DNA of 60,731 nucleotides, the filler included, from Dimargaris cristalligena (Eukaryota), in the NCBI GenBank assembly GCA_003614675.1. It is 5 parts of 5 records of this genome, joined end to end, with 100 filler letters (N's around TTAATTAATTAA, not from the genome) between each part and the next. Parts side by side here need not be neighbours in the genome. Positions count along the whole stretch, not along the records: positions 1 to 12,091 come from ML003056.1; positions 12,192 to 24,276 come from ML003057.1; 3 more parts are not named here. One strand, written 5' to 3'. Shown here piece after piece: positions 1 to 15,313 of this stretch (position 1 is its first letter; each line of letters starts with the position of its first letter). Under the pieces are notes generated by a model that saw only the letters and a program-made list of their open reading frames with translations, had not been told where the DNA came from and searched no databases. Position numbers and translations under genes: made by a program.

Positions 1-1342
1 CTCTCCCTTTTTCTATCATCTATCTTTTCAAATAAAGTTCAGTTTTCAAGGATTTGAGTTTAGTTCTTTACACCAGGGATGCCGGTTTAACACTGGGCTG
101 CCACTACTCCAACTAGTACTAATAAGGTTATCAGGTTCTATAACCAATGCATAACACAGTTCCTTTTAATCACATTCCTTCATTTAAACTTGTAAAACTA
201 ACTATTCCTCAACTATTTTATAATATGTTATGAGATTCTTTGTGATATTCTTGCCTTTAATCAGAAAGTGGTGATAAGGCTAACCATTTGACTATTATAT
301 CCAAGGAATACTGTTCATTGCTCAGTATCTAGTTTTTCCGTCAATCAAATTATTGCATTGTCTTACTTGCCTTTTATCAATGCCAGCAGTCTCTTTTCAT
401 TTAACAGCTACCTCCAACATCCTCCCAGCGAGTTCAGCAAGTGATGCCAGAGTTCCATGTATCCAGGGTTTTACTATTCCATATGGGAGAAGTTCATTCA
501 GGCTGTATAACGAAAAATCCATTAGATGAGGCCAATATTACTGGTTAAAAGGTATTCTCACATATATATTCACATTTACATGTATTATATAAAACCTTAT
601 ACAGCTGGTTTGAATTTCACCCATATGTTTATTCTCATATAAATCCTCACGGTTTCGCTGAACCGAGGAATAACAAGTTATTAGCCGAGGTGAAGTCCAA
701 AGTCACCTACTGATCTCTCCATTTCCGTCGTTTATCATTAAGTCCATTATTATTGACTATGTTACATACATTTCCTCTGTAGCATTGATTATTACGCCCA
801 GTTTAGTCTACTATTTTCATTTAAAGAAATATGTCTAAAATCCATACCATTTCGGCCCGTATAGCCCCCCTAGGACCCGCGATGGACCCGACTCTCCCGA
901 CGAGTTGCCCAGCTTTTACCCCCAATGATATAATGCCCGACCCAACCGGATCTCGGCCCGATACTTGGGCAATGAAACGTAGCCCCGTCACAAATGACAT
1001 CAAAGTTAACATCATTGCACCCGTCACCGAAAACGCACATCAAATCTCACGATGGCCATCCTTGACTATTTAAAATGAGTTTATTCGTGGCTGGGGGGAG
1101 CCGTAGAGAGAACGTAATGATATTAAAACACCGCAAGGCTGTTTTGTCATTAGCCAAATGAAGTCGCGGATGAACATGATGCAATGGGTAGGGGGGGTGA
1201 GAACACTTAAATATAGCGAGCAGAGACGCTGGTCATAACCGTGACAAACTAAATGTGGCACAATGACATTAAAGTGGCCTAGGAATGAAAGGGTGAAACC
1301 AAGTGGGCCGAGGCCAATGAAGACGAAAAAAAAAACGGCGCC

Positions 1343-3786
<2,444 letters not shown>

Positions 3787-5860
3787 GGTGAGGGTGATAA
3801 ATAAATGGACCGAAAGTTAAAATAGATAGTAACGGAAAGTTTAGGAGAACCGCCGGTGGGAGGAGGAGGAGAGGGTTGAAGGGATTAAGACAAGGAATAA
3901 AGGGCTCTGAGGGGAAGGGTAAGGCTACAAGTGAAGATCAACCTAGGGGGCGAGGGCCACGGCGGAGTTAAATAGGCCAGCGACTAAGCGGCCCAAGGGG
4001 AAGCACCGCATTCAGTCAGACGGGTTGACTGAATGCGCCTGTATGGAGAGGGGCTAGTTAGATGGCTAGTTAGAGAGGGGGGGAGCAGCCGATGATCCCT
4101 CTTTCCTCGCTTGGGGCAGTACTAACCCACCCACTCCTTCTCCTCCCACACACACCCACCCCCTCCCCGTGGGCTGATTGGCCGGCTGCCATAGGCCCAC
4201 CCATCCCGCCCGACGAAGGCAGAGATGGTCGGATAACGAGCCCCCATAGTCCATACTCTACCATTACGTTTTAGTGCCGGTCACTGGATATGGCCAAAGT
4301 CACGGTCCACCCAAGCCTCTCTCCCCTGTGTCCCCCACAAACGACTGCAGCAGAGAGAGGGGGGGTTGCATTACACCCCCGCTAGTAACGCCTTGTTAAA
4401 GAGAATGCCAATCCTATTATTAGTCCCGACTGCCGGCCCTAGCATAGTGAACACTCGCTATACCCCACCATCCTGAGGAGGGGAGAAAAGAAAGTGACCC
4501 AATGCCCTAACGAAGCCGGCCTGATCCACGGTCCAATACTCACTCCAGTCGAATTCATACCACTGCCGAACACTGTTCGACCTAGTCGGGGGGGGCTTAG
4601 TATGGGTGGTTCAGCCCTATGATTAACAATGCTTCTTTAGATTCAAGGATTTCCCTTGGGGCTCGGTAGGGTAAATCGCGCGATACATGGTGGCGGGGGC
4701 TACATGCCCCACCACTCGTCGCTGGACCATCGGGCATTAGCGATGGGGAGGGCTAATCTCGGCCACGGTCGCTCCCTGACACGATACTCGGATGATTTCG
4801 GTTGAACCTGGGGCCCATTTCATCGATGCCATCGAGCCACGGCTGCTGATCGTCGCCGATAAGGTGCAATGTCCCAATTGCCAACCACAGAAAGAGGTCA
4901 CGCACCCTGCGCGCCCCAATCCTAATCCCAATCGTGGCACCGGGTCCGGGGTCGCGTCTATGATCCGAGGCGGGGTGTCTGCGGGAGCATCCCTGCCCCC
5001 CCTACTTCTGGGCTAATTACAAGTTACCCGATTAGGCCGGCCCCACCCAACCGGAGTGGATTGTGCAACCAGGTGCCCCAGATTATTTTGAAGTAGGCGG
5101 AATGGCGTCGGCTGGGGCACAAAGAAGGTGGGGCTACTGGTCCAGGGGGCTTCCGAGTATCCTACAAGCCTACAGGAGTGATGGGCAATCTGATCGGACG
5201 GCTATTCTCGAAGGCTGTCAAGGGGGTGGGCCCCGCGGTAAGTGACGTCACATCCAGCGGAGCGGTTCGTTCGGGCTCCAAGGCCAGCCCCAACCCGGAA
5301 CGGCTCGTTTTTCGAAGCAATGCCACCCGGGGGGTTAGGGTTGGACAACTACTAATAAGGTTCGCCTTGTTTATGGAGTGCGGTCCAGTCCCAATCATTA
5401 GGATTAGTATTGGTTAGGGTCCAATGATGCCATTGTAAATAATAAAAAACACACCCTAATTTCCGATGGTTAGTGATGGAGAACCCCTTAATGACATACG
5501 GTACTTGCCCAGTCAACAATAACCCCCCAAATACCCACGCTCGGAACAGACCACTCGCCCTCCTCCCTTCCCAGATAAGAGGAAAAGTAGACTGGGTAAG
5601 GAAGGTGGAATGGCGTGGATCGAATGTATCATGGGAAATTTATTGAAACCAACCAAACAATGTACGCCATGGCCAGCCTAATCCAGCTTTTAGAGGGTTA
5701 GAACAATGAATAATTTGGGTGTGCCAGCTCCCCGACCCCATAACGATCAGCACCGTCCAACCCGTTAACCAGAAACTCGAAATTCGAAAAACGCGGGCAA
5801 TACGCTATTACCAGGCTTGAACACCACCACTCCCCTCCTCCGACACTCACTTGACCCACC

Positions 5861-8800
5861 TCAAAAATAACCTAGCCGGCGTTCGACTTCGCGCGCCGAG
5901 TTTTCCAGCGACGCCTGCCAGCTGCTCAGCAAATGGGTGCTGACGGTGGTGGGCCCCGTGACCCCGGCTGCCGTGAGAATCCCGGCGACTTCGTTCGAAC
6001 CGGCCATTCGACGGAGCAGTCGCGCTTGGAATTCGGGGGCACTTACCCCTTCGTATACTTGGCGACAGCGACGGGCAGCTTCTTCAAAACAGAACTGCGC
6101 GCCCCGGCTGAATTCATTGACGAGCGACTGGTAAGGGCCAGCGTCGGCTGGGTTCGGCTGGTATTCCTTCAATACCTTTAGCACCAGGGCAATCGTATTG
6201 CAGAGCTATTGGGCGACCATACCGAGCCAAAAGGTACAGGCACCCCGTACCATTCGAAAAATACAAGGATAAAGAATGCAACAGAATGAGAATCCGACCT
6301 TATTACGTGCAAGCCCCCTTCCAGGCCCCAGAGACTCGCCTGGACTACTCAATTTGGGCAGGCCCAAGGTACCATCAACCAAGTACCATCCAATGCGGCT
6401 AAACTTACCTCTACCAAGGCACTGGCTTCGCGCAGGGTGGGGGTCATCACCGGCGACTGGGTGCCCCAATCAGACAGCGCTTGGGTCAGGGCACGCGGCA
6501 AGTCCAGGACGCTGAGCAGACGCTCCGCTAGGCCCTCGCGAGGGAACGGGGCCGCGGTTGGCGGGTCGGCCCGGAAGGCCGCATACACCTCGGCCACCAC
6601 GCGGCCCAAGTCGCAGACTAACCGCACGAACCAGAAAGAACCCGCATAGCACGGCGGAGTTGGCCCGGAGCGGGCGGGGATTAGGGAGTCGAGCTCGCTG
6701 ACCAGGGGACCCAATTGATCCACGTGGTAGCAGGCCAGGTGGTGGAGAATATGCATGGCCAGGGCCACTGTACGGTACTCCGCCCCACTGCCCGTGGTGT
6801 CGGGACGGGTCCGGAACTCGAGGGTGGCCGCCTCAACCTCGTCACCTGGGAAGGGCAAGACGGTGAAATCACGGTTATCCACAAAGACGTCGACCGTCTG
6901 CGCAACGGCGTAGGGGAAATCGTGCAGTTCGGCGTGCTTGAGCATGTCCAACAAATCCTCGAGGCTACCCATGCTAACAAATTCGCTGCGGAGGGTGGTG
7001 GTTAAAAGTACGCGGCGGTGCAGCGAGTCCGCCAGCCGCCGCTGGAACTCCAGAAAATCCCGAATCTGGGAATAGGCCCCGTTACGCAGGGCCAGGGCCA
7101 GCATATCGGGCGTTTCAACCTGGTTGCTGTCGTAGATGGTCAGGCCGTCGTAGCCCAGGCGGACCTCTTCGGTGTAGTGGCCCACCACGTGGCCCAGACC
7201 CGTTACCCAGTAGCTCAACGTGTCGTGCTGAACGTGTTTGATGCTCAAGGTCCGGTAGAGCGACTGGGCCCGCTGGAATTCCCCGGCGTGGGCGTACAGG
7301 CGGACGGCCAACAACTTAAAGTGGAAATTGTCGGGACTGGCCTGGACCCCCGTCTCCAAAAGCATAAGCGCCGCGTAGATGAACGCCTCCTGTTGGTCAA
7401 CCGGGGAAGCGGAAAAGGCCCGGAAGGCCAGCATCTGGGCGGCAAGCAAGAGGCAGTCGTCAAAGTTGGCCAAGTCGTCGCCGTGGCCGTCCTTGGGGGC
7501 GGCGGGGCGCTGGCCGAACGCCTGGGCCAGTGAATGGCACACGTGCAGGCCCGACACATGGGCGGATGGGTCGTGCTCGCTATACCGAGTCAGGTAAACC
7601 TTCACGTGGTTCAGGTATTCTCGGAGAGGGGTATCCTTCTAAAGCAATGCGAACAGCCATGGGCAATAAGTGTCCGGGCCAATAGAAAAGTAAAATAAAA
7701 GTGAGCAATAGACCAAATAGCAAAGGTCAGTGAATCGCAAATCGGTTCACACCGCGTCTAACCCGGTAACCACCTAGTGTTTCCAAAGCAGTTTCGGAAG
7801 CGGTCCGGGCCGCCGTTACAACTTACCTGAAATGGACTGCGCACCTGCCGGTCGGCCTTTTCAAATGACCCGCGCATAGCAGCGATGAGTGCTTCGCGAT
7901 CGGCCCCTTCCAATGACCCGAGGTACTTTTTGATGTCGTCAAAGGCGCTGGGCCGGGTCCCCATTTCGCTCACGTAGGCGTGGATCAGCGTCCCTATCCG
8001 GGAGGGCTGGGCGTCCGAGGCCCGGACCTGGGCGAGCTGACTCAGCTGGTGGTAAAATTCGAGTTGGGCAAGCAGCGCGGCCCGGCTGGTGGGGCGCTTC
8101 TCGAAAAAGGCTTGCCAGGTCGCCGTGGTTTCTGCCACAGCAGTCTCAACCACGGGCGAAGCCGAATCGAGCTGTGCCCGCAAGGCGCCCACCAAGGCAT
8201 CCACCAATATCTGGTAGTACTGCCAGTCCTCGCACCCGGTCTGTAAGCGATCCTCTGCGAGTTCCCGGGCCGACTGGAATTCGCCGTGGCAAAGGTGGAA
8301 ATGGAGTTTCCGGTCCAGGAGCATGGGATCCAGGTCCATGGGGGTCTGCCAGCGCGGTTTAGCCAAAATGGCCAGACCCCGACCAAACTGGCCGTGCTCC
8401 TCTAAAAACTGCAAATAGGCCCAGAGCCCCTCGGCCGTGTCCAAATCCCCGCTCTCCTCGGACTTTTGTAGCATGCGTTCGGCTAGCGTGAAGAAGAGCT
8501 TGCGCTGGGCGTCCGGAGTCGTGCGATCATACGCCTAATGAAAAGGACAACAGCCCCAACCGGGTCACATTGGTTAATGATGTATGGTCTAGGAATAGGA
8601 GGCCCCCACGGGCGATTACCACAGTTGCTGGATTCGGAATAGGCGCAGCCTTCAACATATGCCAAATCGATCGATGTATCAATGATTATGCGGGACAACT
8701 CACCTGGGTCAATAGGGACATGATCGTCCACATAACGTACTGCTTCTTTTTGAAAAGGTGGTTAATCTTCACCGCGGCCTAGGGTTAGCGTTGGCGTTAG

Positions 8801-9774
8801 AATGGTTAAACGGCGGGTTAGTGACCCAACTACCTTACTCGAAGGGGGGGGGGATATTCAGTAGGTCGGGCTGAGCACTAGGCCATCCGCATTGTGAAGG
8901 CCAGTCGAAGCGACTTACTTTATGCTGGAGAGAATGGGCACCGGTGCGTACACAGGCCATGAACCATTGGATGCAGATGGGCTCCAGCTTGGCCCGGCTA
9001 GCGTGGGGGATGGCCTCTTCATACACAGCAACGGCATCGGCCTCTAGCGGTAATGACAGTAGGGCATGGCCGAAAAGGATATTTGGTTAGCGGGATGATT
9101 AGTCTACCGGGAACGGTTAAACAAACCAAGGGCCGGTAAGCTTTAGCTAGGACGGGGGGACGCTGTCCAATGACCAGCCGGACTTACTCTTATCTAAATT
9201 GCGATACAGCAGAGCTAGATTATTTAGAACTACCACGTCCGTGGGGTGGGCCGCCCGGATTTCCTGGGCCAGGGTATCGGCTTCGGCCAGACGATCGAGG
9301 CGAGCAAGGGCCTGGGCTTTCAGTGCCTGGTTGTCAAAGGGTGTGGAACAAGCCATAGACGGGGATTTAGGATTAGGAAACACCTGGCCCAGAATGTTTT
9401 ATACTGATTGCAACCCCCCAGGGGCAGAAGCGGGCATCTATCCGCAATAATTAGGGGAGACCTATCCCCTTAATGCCAGCCTTTTAAATTCACCGTGTAA
9501 TTAATTACCTTGGCCATGAGAAACTGGGGCTCGAATTTCAGTAGTCGGTCGCAGTGAGTAATGGCCTTTTGGTACGACCAGCTCTCGAGGGCGTCTAGGC
9601 AATACACAACCCGATACACCGTCGTTGGACGGGGGATACAAGCAGGTTAGATACCATAGCGTTGATAAAGGCTAATCTCTAGAGGGACCCCATATGGTGG
9701 GCCTGAGCGGTCCGACACAACCGGCCGGGAATTCACCTACCGTAGACGGGCTTGAGTTTGCGTTCGTCGGACAT
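5861..9774 (-). CDS. MDM20: N-terminal acetyltransferase B auxiliary subunit (MDM20/NAA25), multi-exon
   Basis: The N-terminus from ATG 9774, MSDERKLKPVY|DALESWSYQKAITHCDRLLK, and the internal motif HFKLLAVRLYAHAG..YRTLSIKHVQHDTLSY match the NAA25 family. Helical TPR-like exons lie in ORFs 7758-8474, 6349-7605 and 5861-6184. Exact internal splice sites are only partly resolved. Confidence 0.88.
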
Positions 9775-12091
9775 GGTGGATTAGGGGAGGGGAGGGAAGA
9801 AATGGCAAAACTGAGCCAGCGAAAATCGAATATAAGCAAATCGGTCACCACGGGACCCGATGCAGCAACACAAGTATAAACGTTCAAAGAAAATGGAAAA
9901 CGATTCAAATTGGGGCGATTGTTCCCGGACAAGGCCCCAAAACTCAGCCCCGGAATCGGGTCTTAATTGCAGCTGTGACCCCTTCGCTACTACGGCGGAC
10001 TAGACTGTGCAGCCTTAGTGGAAAAAAATACCACGCCTACAAAGTGGCCTTGGGGGATTTTCCAAGCAGCGTGGGTGGACTGTGGCATGATGGTGGGAAA
10101 ACTGCGATTGGTGAGGGAGGATACAAGCTCACGCATCCCCCCCTCGCCTATCGGTCGAAAGGCATCCGGATAATTGGCGGAACGGCTCCTTCCATTTCAC
10201 CGACGCAAGGCAAAAGCAAGCGGGTCTCTCGGCTTCACCATGAGAGCTGGACAAGTCCATCTAGATATGGCCTAGTAGGCGCATCCTCCCCCCGACTAGT
10301 CGCCCCTACATCTTGCCCCTCTACCCGTCAAGACGACCTTGCTGCTTTTTACGCCATTATAGACCAGAACATGAAATGCATTGCTTCCAACAGTGCAAAC
10401 GAACAACTGGGGTTGCTTCCCCGCCCAGAGTAACCCATTAATGCTCGACACCGACTGTCTTCACTCACAGGAGTAGAGCGGCAAACCCCCTGGCGGACCA
10501 GAATTCCTGACATACAGCACCGAATCTGTCCATTGTCAAGTTTCCGCGACCCAAACCAGGGTTTATTTGGCCACAGACGGTTACTAAAGCACCGGGGCTG
10601 CCAAAAAATGCAAAGATCCTGGACATCCCAGTATGAATCACAGGGGGCAAGACGTATCAAACCGGTCCCCAATAAAGCCCTCCTTACTAAATCCGGAGTT
10701 TGCCTGGGTGTTGACGGCTACCCCACTCACACACCCAAGACTTTGAGTGTGCGCGCCGGGGCCTACAATAATAATAAAAGGCAACTCAAGAGAGCAACTG
10801 GCATATTTCATACTTCTATGGAAACTAGGCCATACAGTCCACCAGGCTATGGCGACGCAATGTGAGGCCGCTATTGAAGACAACCCTTGCTAGACACGGT
10901 GCAACCGCCGGAAGGGATCATCAGCCCAAACGACTAACCGGCCACCTGATCCCCCCAACGAAATGGAACCGCCCTAATAGCAAAGAACAGCTACAAGCCC
11001 AATCGACGTGCTAAATAATTCGAGGCCAAAATTAGAAAATAAAACTCCACCCCGGTTAAATCGCATCTTAATAAAATAAACTACTTTATACTTAACTACT
11101 TCGTCTATACCAAAAGAAAACCCAACTCGGTAATCATGGTAATTTACGCACCCCCTCGACCTGAGCGTAACAATGGGACCAGGCCAGTCTGACTCTACCA
11201 AGTGGATTACATAGGTTAGGCTGGCCCATTTCAAGCCTCATTCATTTTCCCGCTGGCACGGTATTCAAAAATCCTATACAGCCGTAATACTGAGGAGCAG
11301 GGGGGTTTGATGTCGAAGCACCTTCACTCTCTACCCGACCCGGTATCGGCTGTATTCCCATTTCTCCGGATCAGTAGAGGTCGGTCATAATGAACTTGCA
11401 CCACCTCAGTATGACATGCATACCCTGCCCCCGTCTTTACGAATTCGACTTGCCTCCCACGCAGGCGGTAGTAAGAGTCCACCAGAGGACGTTCCCTCCA
11501 TTAAATACACAGGAGGAGTCCTAAATTTAATGGGAAGATGGCAGGTATGATTTCGATAGAGAACTAAAATTACTGGGTCGCCAGAAGTCGATCCAAAGTG
11601 ACATATGGCAAAGAATCTTGCCATATATTCGTTAAAAGGGTAGCAAAAACATTATAGACATTAAAATGACAGCGCAAAATAAAAACTAGGCGCATATCAA
11701 AACTGAGGGGGGGGGGCCGGAAATTACATAAAGGTGGAAAGGTATGTGACATGAAAAGAATAGAGGATTATAGGGAGCTATAGGGACTGTAAGAGCCAGA
11801 GTTGCCAGAATAATAACCGGCTAATTAGGTGGGGCGGAAGGTTCGGCGCCGACTAGTCGGTCCGGTCAATCTTAAAATTAATACTAAACGAATTTCGGCT
11901 CGGTCGATCCGCGCCGGTATCAAGCTGGGTAGATTAGACGGATAGGTCATTGGAAACCCACGGAATATAAACATGGACATCCAATAGGTGGTTAGGGTTA
12001 GACGTGGACTCTAGCATAAACTATTCGGGTTGGATTTGCGAGAGAGAGGCCCCACTCCCACCGTAACGGCGGATTGGGTTCCCGAATGGAG

Positions 12092-12191
12092 NNNNNNNNN
12101 NNNNNNNNNNNNNNNNNNNNNNNNNNNNNNNNNNNTTAATTAATTAANNNNNNNNNNNNNNNNNNNNNNNNNNNNNNNNNNNNNNNNNNNN
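12092..12191. other. Artificial contig spacer (N44-TTAATTAATTAA-N44)
   Basis: 100-nt N run with a six-frame-stop linker. Identical spacers occur at 24277-24376, 36439-36538 and 48585-48684. Confidence 0.99.
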
Positions 12192-13259
12192 TCGTACACG
12201 GAACTGGGTATGTCCTTAAACTGCGTCCCCACGGATTGGGAGGGGGTCGTTCCGGAACGGAGGCATAGGGGGTCATACCCTAGTGCCCGTGATGTTCCGG
12301 GGCGGCGTCACCAAGTCGTGGTCGTCCTGTAATAAAACGTTCCCGAGGCCTGGAAACCTTGGGAATGGACGTTAAACTGTTGCCTCGGTCCTAGACCGTG
12401 GTCCGGACTCCTGAGACTAAGCCAAGGCTGGGTCGTTGAGGATGTTCCTGGGCAAAGCACCGGAAGTGATGTTCCGGGCTCTTGAACGCATTACGCCCCA
12501 CAGGGGTTTGGGAGTCTATAATCACCACCTGGGATCGCCCTAGTCAGGCGTGTCCGCGGGATTCACCCAAGATCCGTGCCAGCGATCTGGCCCCCATCGG
12601 GAAGGGGAAAAGAACCGGCCCAGGTAGCAGGGTGCCCTATGCTATTGTCTCGTCATAGGCCAACAATGTCCACCACGCTGAGGTGAAAAAGAAAGCGGTC
12701 CGGACTTGTTCCGGATGTCCCGTCATTGGACCGAAACTGTCCCCCACGCTGAGGGGAGAAAGAAAGCGGCCTAGGTGCAGGGAACCCTGTTGCATCAAAA
12801 CTTGAAGTGGACGCATCGTCCCGCCTCCAGCAGTGGGGTCGAGATAATAATGCCCTGGGGCTTGACCGCCCCAGCCAGCATCTGCAAAAGGATTGTATGT
12901 CTCCTCAACGATGTTCCCCCTCGCCCGGGCCCCCGTCCATCCGTCCTTCCGCAAGTTGGACATCGGACCTGGCAAACCTTCCAATGCTGGGAGCGCAAAC
13001 AATAAGCATCCCCACGCTGAGGGGCAAAGAAAGCGGTCCGGAACTTCCCCATTGTTCCGGGTGTCCTAACAACGGACTGAAACTTGTGCCCTATGCTGGG
13101 GCTTAAACGGCAGCCGGGTCCTCCAAGCCTGGTGTCCTGTCAGGGGACTGAAACTCTGTCACCCAACGTAGTGGGGTAAAACGCGGATCCGGAGCCCTGG
13201 GGAGGGTTCCGGTCGTCCTAGGTCAGGACTAAAACGACTCCACGCTCCTCTGGTTAGAG

Positions 13260-13350
13260 CCGTCCCTCCTTGCACCCGACGTAACTCCTTGCAAGCCGTC
13301 CTCACGGTCCTGAGGCGTCCCTCCTTGCACCCGACGTAACTCCTTGCAAG
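13260..13350 (+). repeat. Direct repeat, 35 bp x2 (CGTCCCTCCTTGCACCCGACGTAACTCCTTGCAAG)
   Basis: Identical copies at ~13260 and ~13316. Confidence 0.85.
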
Positions 13351-13379
13351 ACTCTGGGCCCTTCACCAAGGGTCCGGAA

Positions 13380-14397
13380 CGTCCTGGGACATGACGCTAA
13401 ACTACACCCCTGCCCAGAGGTTAATGTGTGCAGCCCCGACCGGGGGGTTATTCTCGGTCAACCTTTCCCAGGTCTACAGGGAGGCTTCCTGAGGGAGGGA
13501 GTCGTCCATGGAGTTGCTACAATTGGCGGGGGGGGGTCACGATCCTAAACCAAACCCTAACCAATATGTACTATTGTCCCGCAGGAGACGTTAAAGCCTC
13601 GCGCCCCCCGGACCTTTCCCTGAAGGTCCGAAACGTCCCTTCGGGGGGACGCTAATATCCCGCCGGACCCGCTTGCGGGCTCGGAACCCCTCTGGGCCCG
13701 CTAGCTACGGGCCTGGAACCTCTGGACCCGCTAGCTACGGGCCTGGAACCTCTGGACCCGCTAGCTACGGGCCTGGAACCCCTCTGGACCCGCTAGCTAC
13801 GGGCCTGGACCACGCCGCGAGACCCCCGCACCCTTTCTGGGCCCGGACCACGCCGCAAACTCGGATCCTACTCCCTGGATCCACCCTTCGCCTCCCGGAT
13901 GGCTTTAAAACGGGGAGACCTGCGCAATTTTGCCAGCTATCCCACCCTTCGCCTCCCAGACGGGGAGAACTACGCCGCCGAGACCGCCGAGACCTTGCCT
14001 CCCAGAAGGCTCCGAGGCGGGGGAAACTACGCCTCCGGGACCGCCCAGGCTATGCCCACCGAGAACACGCCCTGGCCCTCGCGCGCGAGAGTCCAGGCAC
14101 TTAAGCAATGTCCTGGGGGACACTAAAAGCCCGACCCTTGGACAGGGGTATAAACTGCCCACTCCCAAGGCGGCCCTCGGGCCGTCCTGAGACCGTCCTG
14201 GGACATGACGTTAAACTACACCCCTCGCCCAGAGGTTAAATGGGCAGCCCGGGCCGTGGGGTAAATCGCGGGACCAAGTCCTTTCTCAGGGTAACAGAGA
14301 GGCCTCCCGCTATATTTTAGGGGGGCGTGGATGACATAGAGTAGGCACTTAGTTTGCGGGGGGGTTACGATCCCATTCCAAACCCGTTTCGTCAATA
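13380..14397 (+). promoter_or_regulatory. Duplicated ~190-200 bp block (13380-~13566 and 14194-~14397): putative RNA polymerase I spacer promoter and gene promoter
   Basis: Both copies start CGTCCTGGGACATGACGYTAAACTACACCCCT(C)GCCCAGAGGTTAA and end GCGGGGGGG(G)TYACGATCC..CCAAACCC. The second copy ends ~0.9 kb upstream of 18S. The promoter role is inferred. Confidence 0.5.
13683..13806 (+). repeat. IGS tandem repeat, ~30 bp x4 (GGAACCTCTGGACCCGCTAGCTACGGGCCT)
   Basis: Directly visible tandem copies, which generate the spurious GPASYGPGTS ORF repeat. Confidence 0.9.
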
Positions 14398-15313
14398 ACT
14401 TACACAAGCTTTTTCTGAGGAACCTTTAACTGTTCCTGAGACGTTCGATGCCGCACCTGGGAGTGCGTCCCCACCGGGGAGACCATAGGGAGTGTCCACA
14501 TGAAGGCGGGTGGTCCGGGGGAGGGCTTGGGAAACCTAGATACTGCAGATCCGGGTCCCTTGAACTCTCCAGCAGGAGGGGGAAACCACGATAGCTCTCG
14601 CAAGGCTGTCCTGGCGAACCCCAAGCGCCACGGGATCATTTGTGAGGAGGGAGGGACCAGAGGGGGGGACCTAACAAGCAGCAGAGCGTCACGCATACAT
14701 TATCGGGGCCTACCAGGGCCCCACAGTCAACGGCTAGTCCACGTACTAGGAGAGGAATTTAAAGTGCCAGACCGGGCGGGGGAACAACTGAGGGCTGGCC
14801 CCTCAGCCCCCGTCCCGCGAGGTGCTCGTACCGCTGGGGCTTAAGTCGGCCCCCTGAGCGGAGGACCCCGGAACAAACCCCCCCCAATACCCTTGTGAGG
14901 GTTCGTGGGGGGTCCGGGCAACCTGAACAGAACTGCCGACCTTTTTTGGGGGACCCGTTCCCGCCAGGCCGTCCCGTCTGCCGTCCCCACTTGTGGGGGG
15001 GGGTAGAGGGATCAACGGCCCGGCGTCGAAGCGTGGTTCCCAGAGCCGTGTGGAGGAGAGCCGGCATGTAGAGGGATGAGAGAGGGGGCGGGGCTCTTCG
15101 GGGCCCTGGCCGCCTTCCCAGGGCGAAAGCCTAAGGGATGGTACGCAGCTTAGGGGTTCGTGGGGTAGGGGGATGCGTTCCGGGAGGGTTTATGGGGGTT
15201 TCTTCGGGGACTCCCAGCGACCGGTCTGAGGGACGGGAACGGGGTGCTGAGGCCGGCGGGTCAAGGCGTTCCGCGCTCGTTCCGAAGACACTTCCGGAAC
15301 AAGTCCTCAGGAT

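Larger units (their letters stand above)
12192..15313 (+). other. rDNA intergenic spacer plus 5' external transcribed spacer
   Basis: GC-rich, internally repetitive, non-coding DNA directly upstream of 18S. It shares repeat motifs with the spacer downstream of 28S. Confidence 0.85.

Noticed and set aside
12136-12147. TTAATTAATTAA palindrome recurring every ~12 kb
   Set aside because: Artificial linker between concatenated contigs, so adjacency across the spacers has no biological meaning.
12192-15313. 5S rRNA gene in the IGS
   Set aside because: No recognisable 5S 5' end or box A/C on either strand. The IGS is incomplete, so absence from the unit is not proven.
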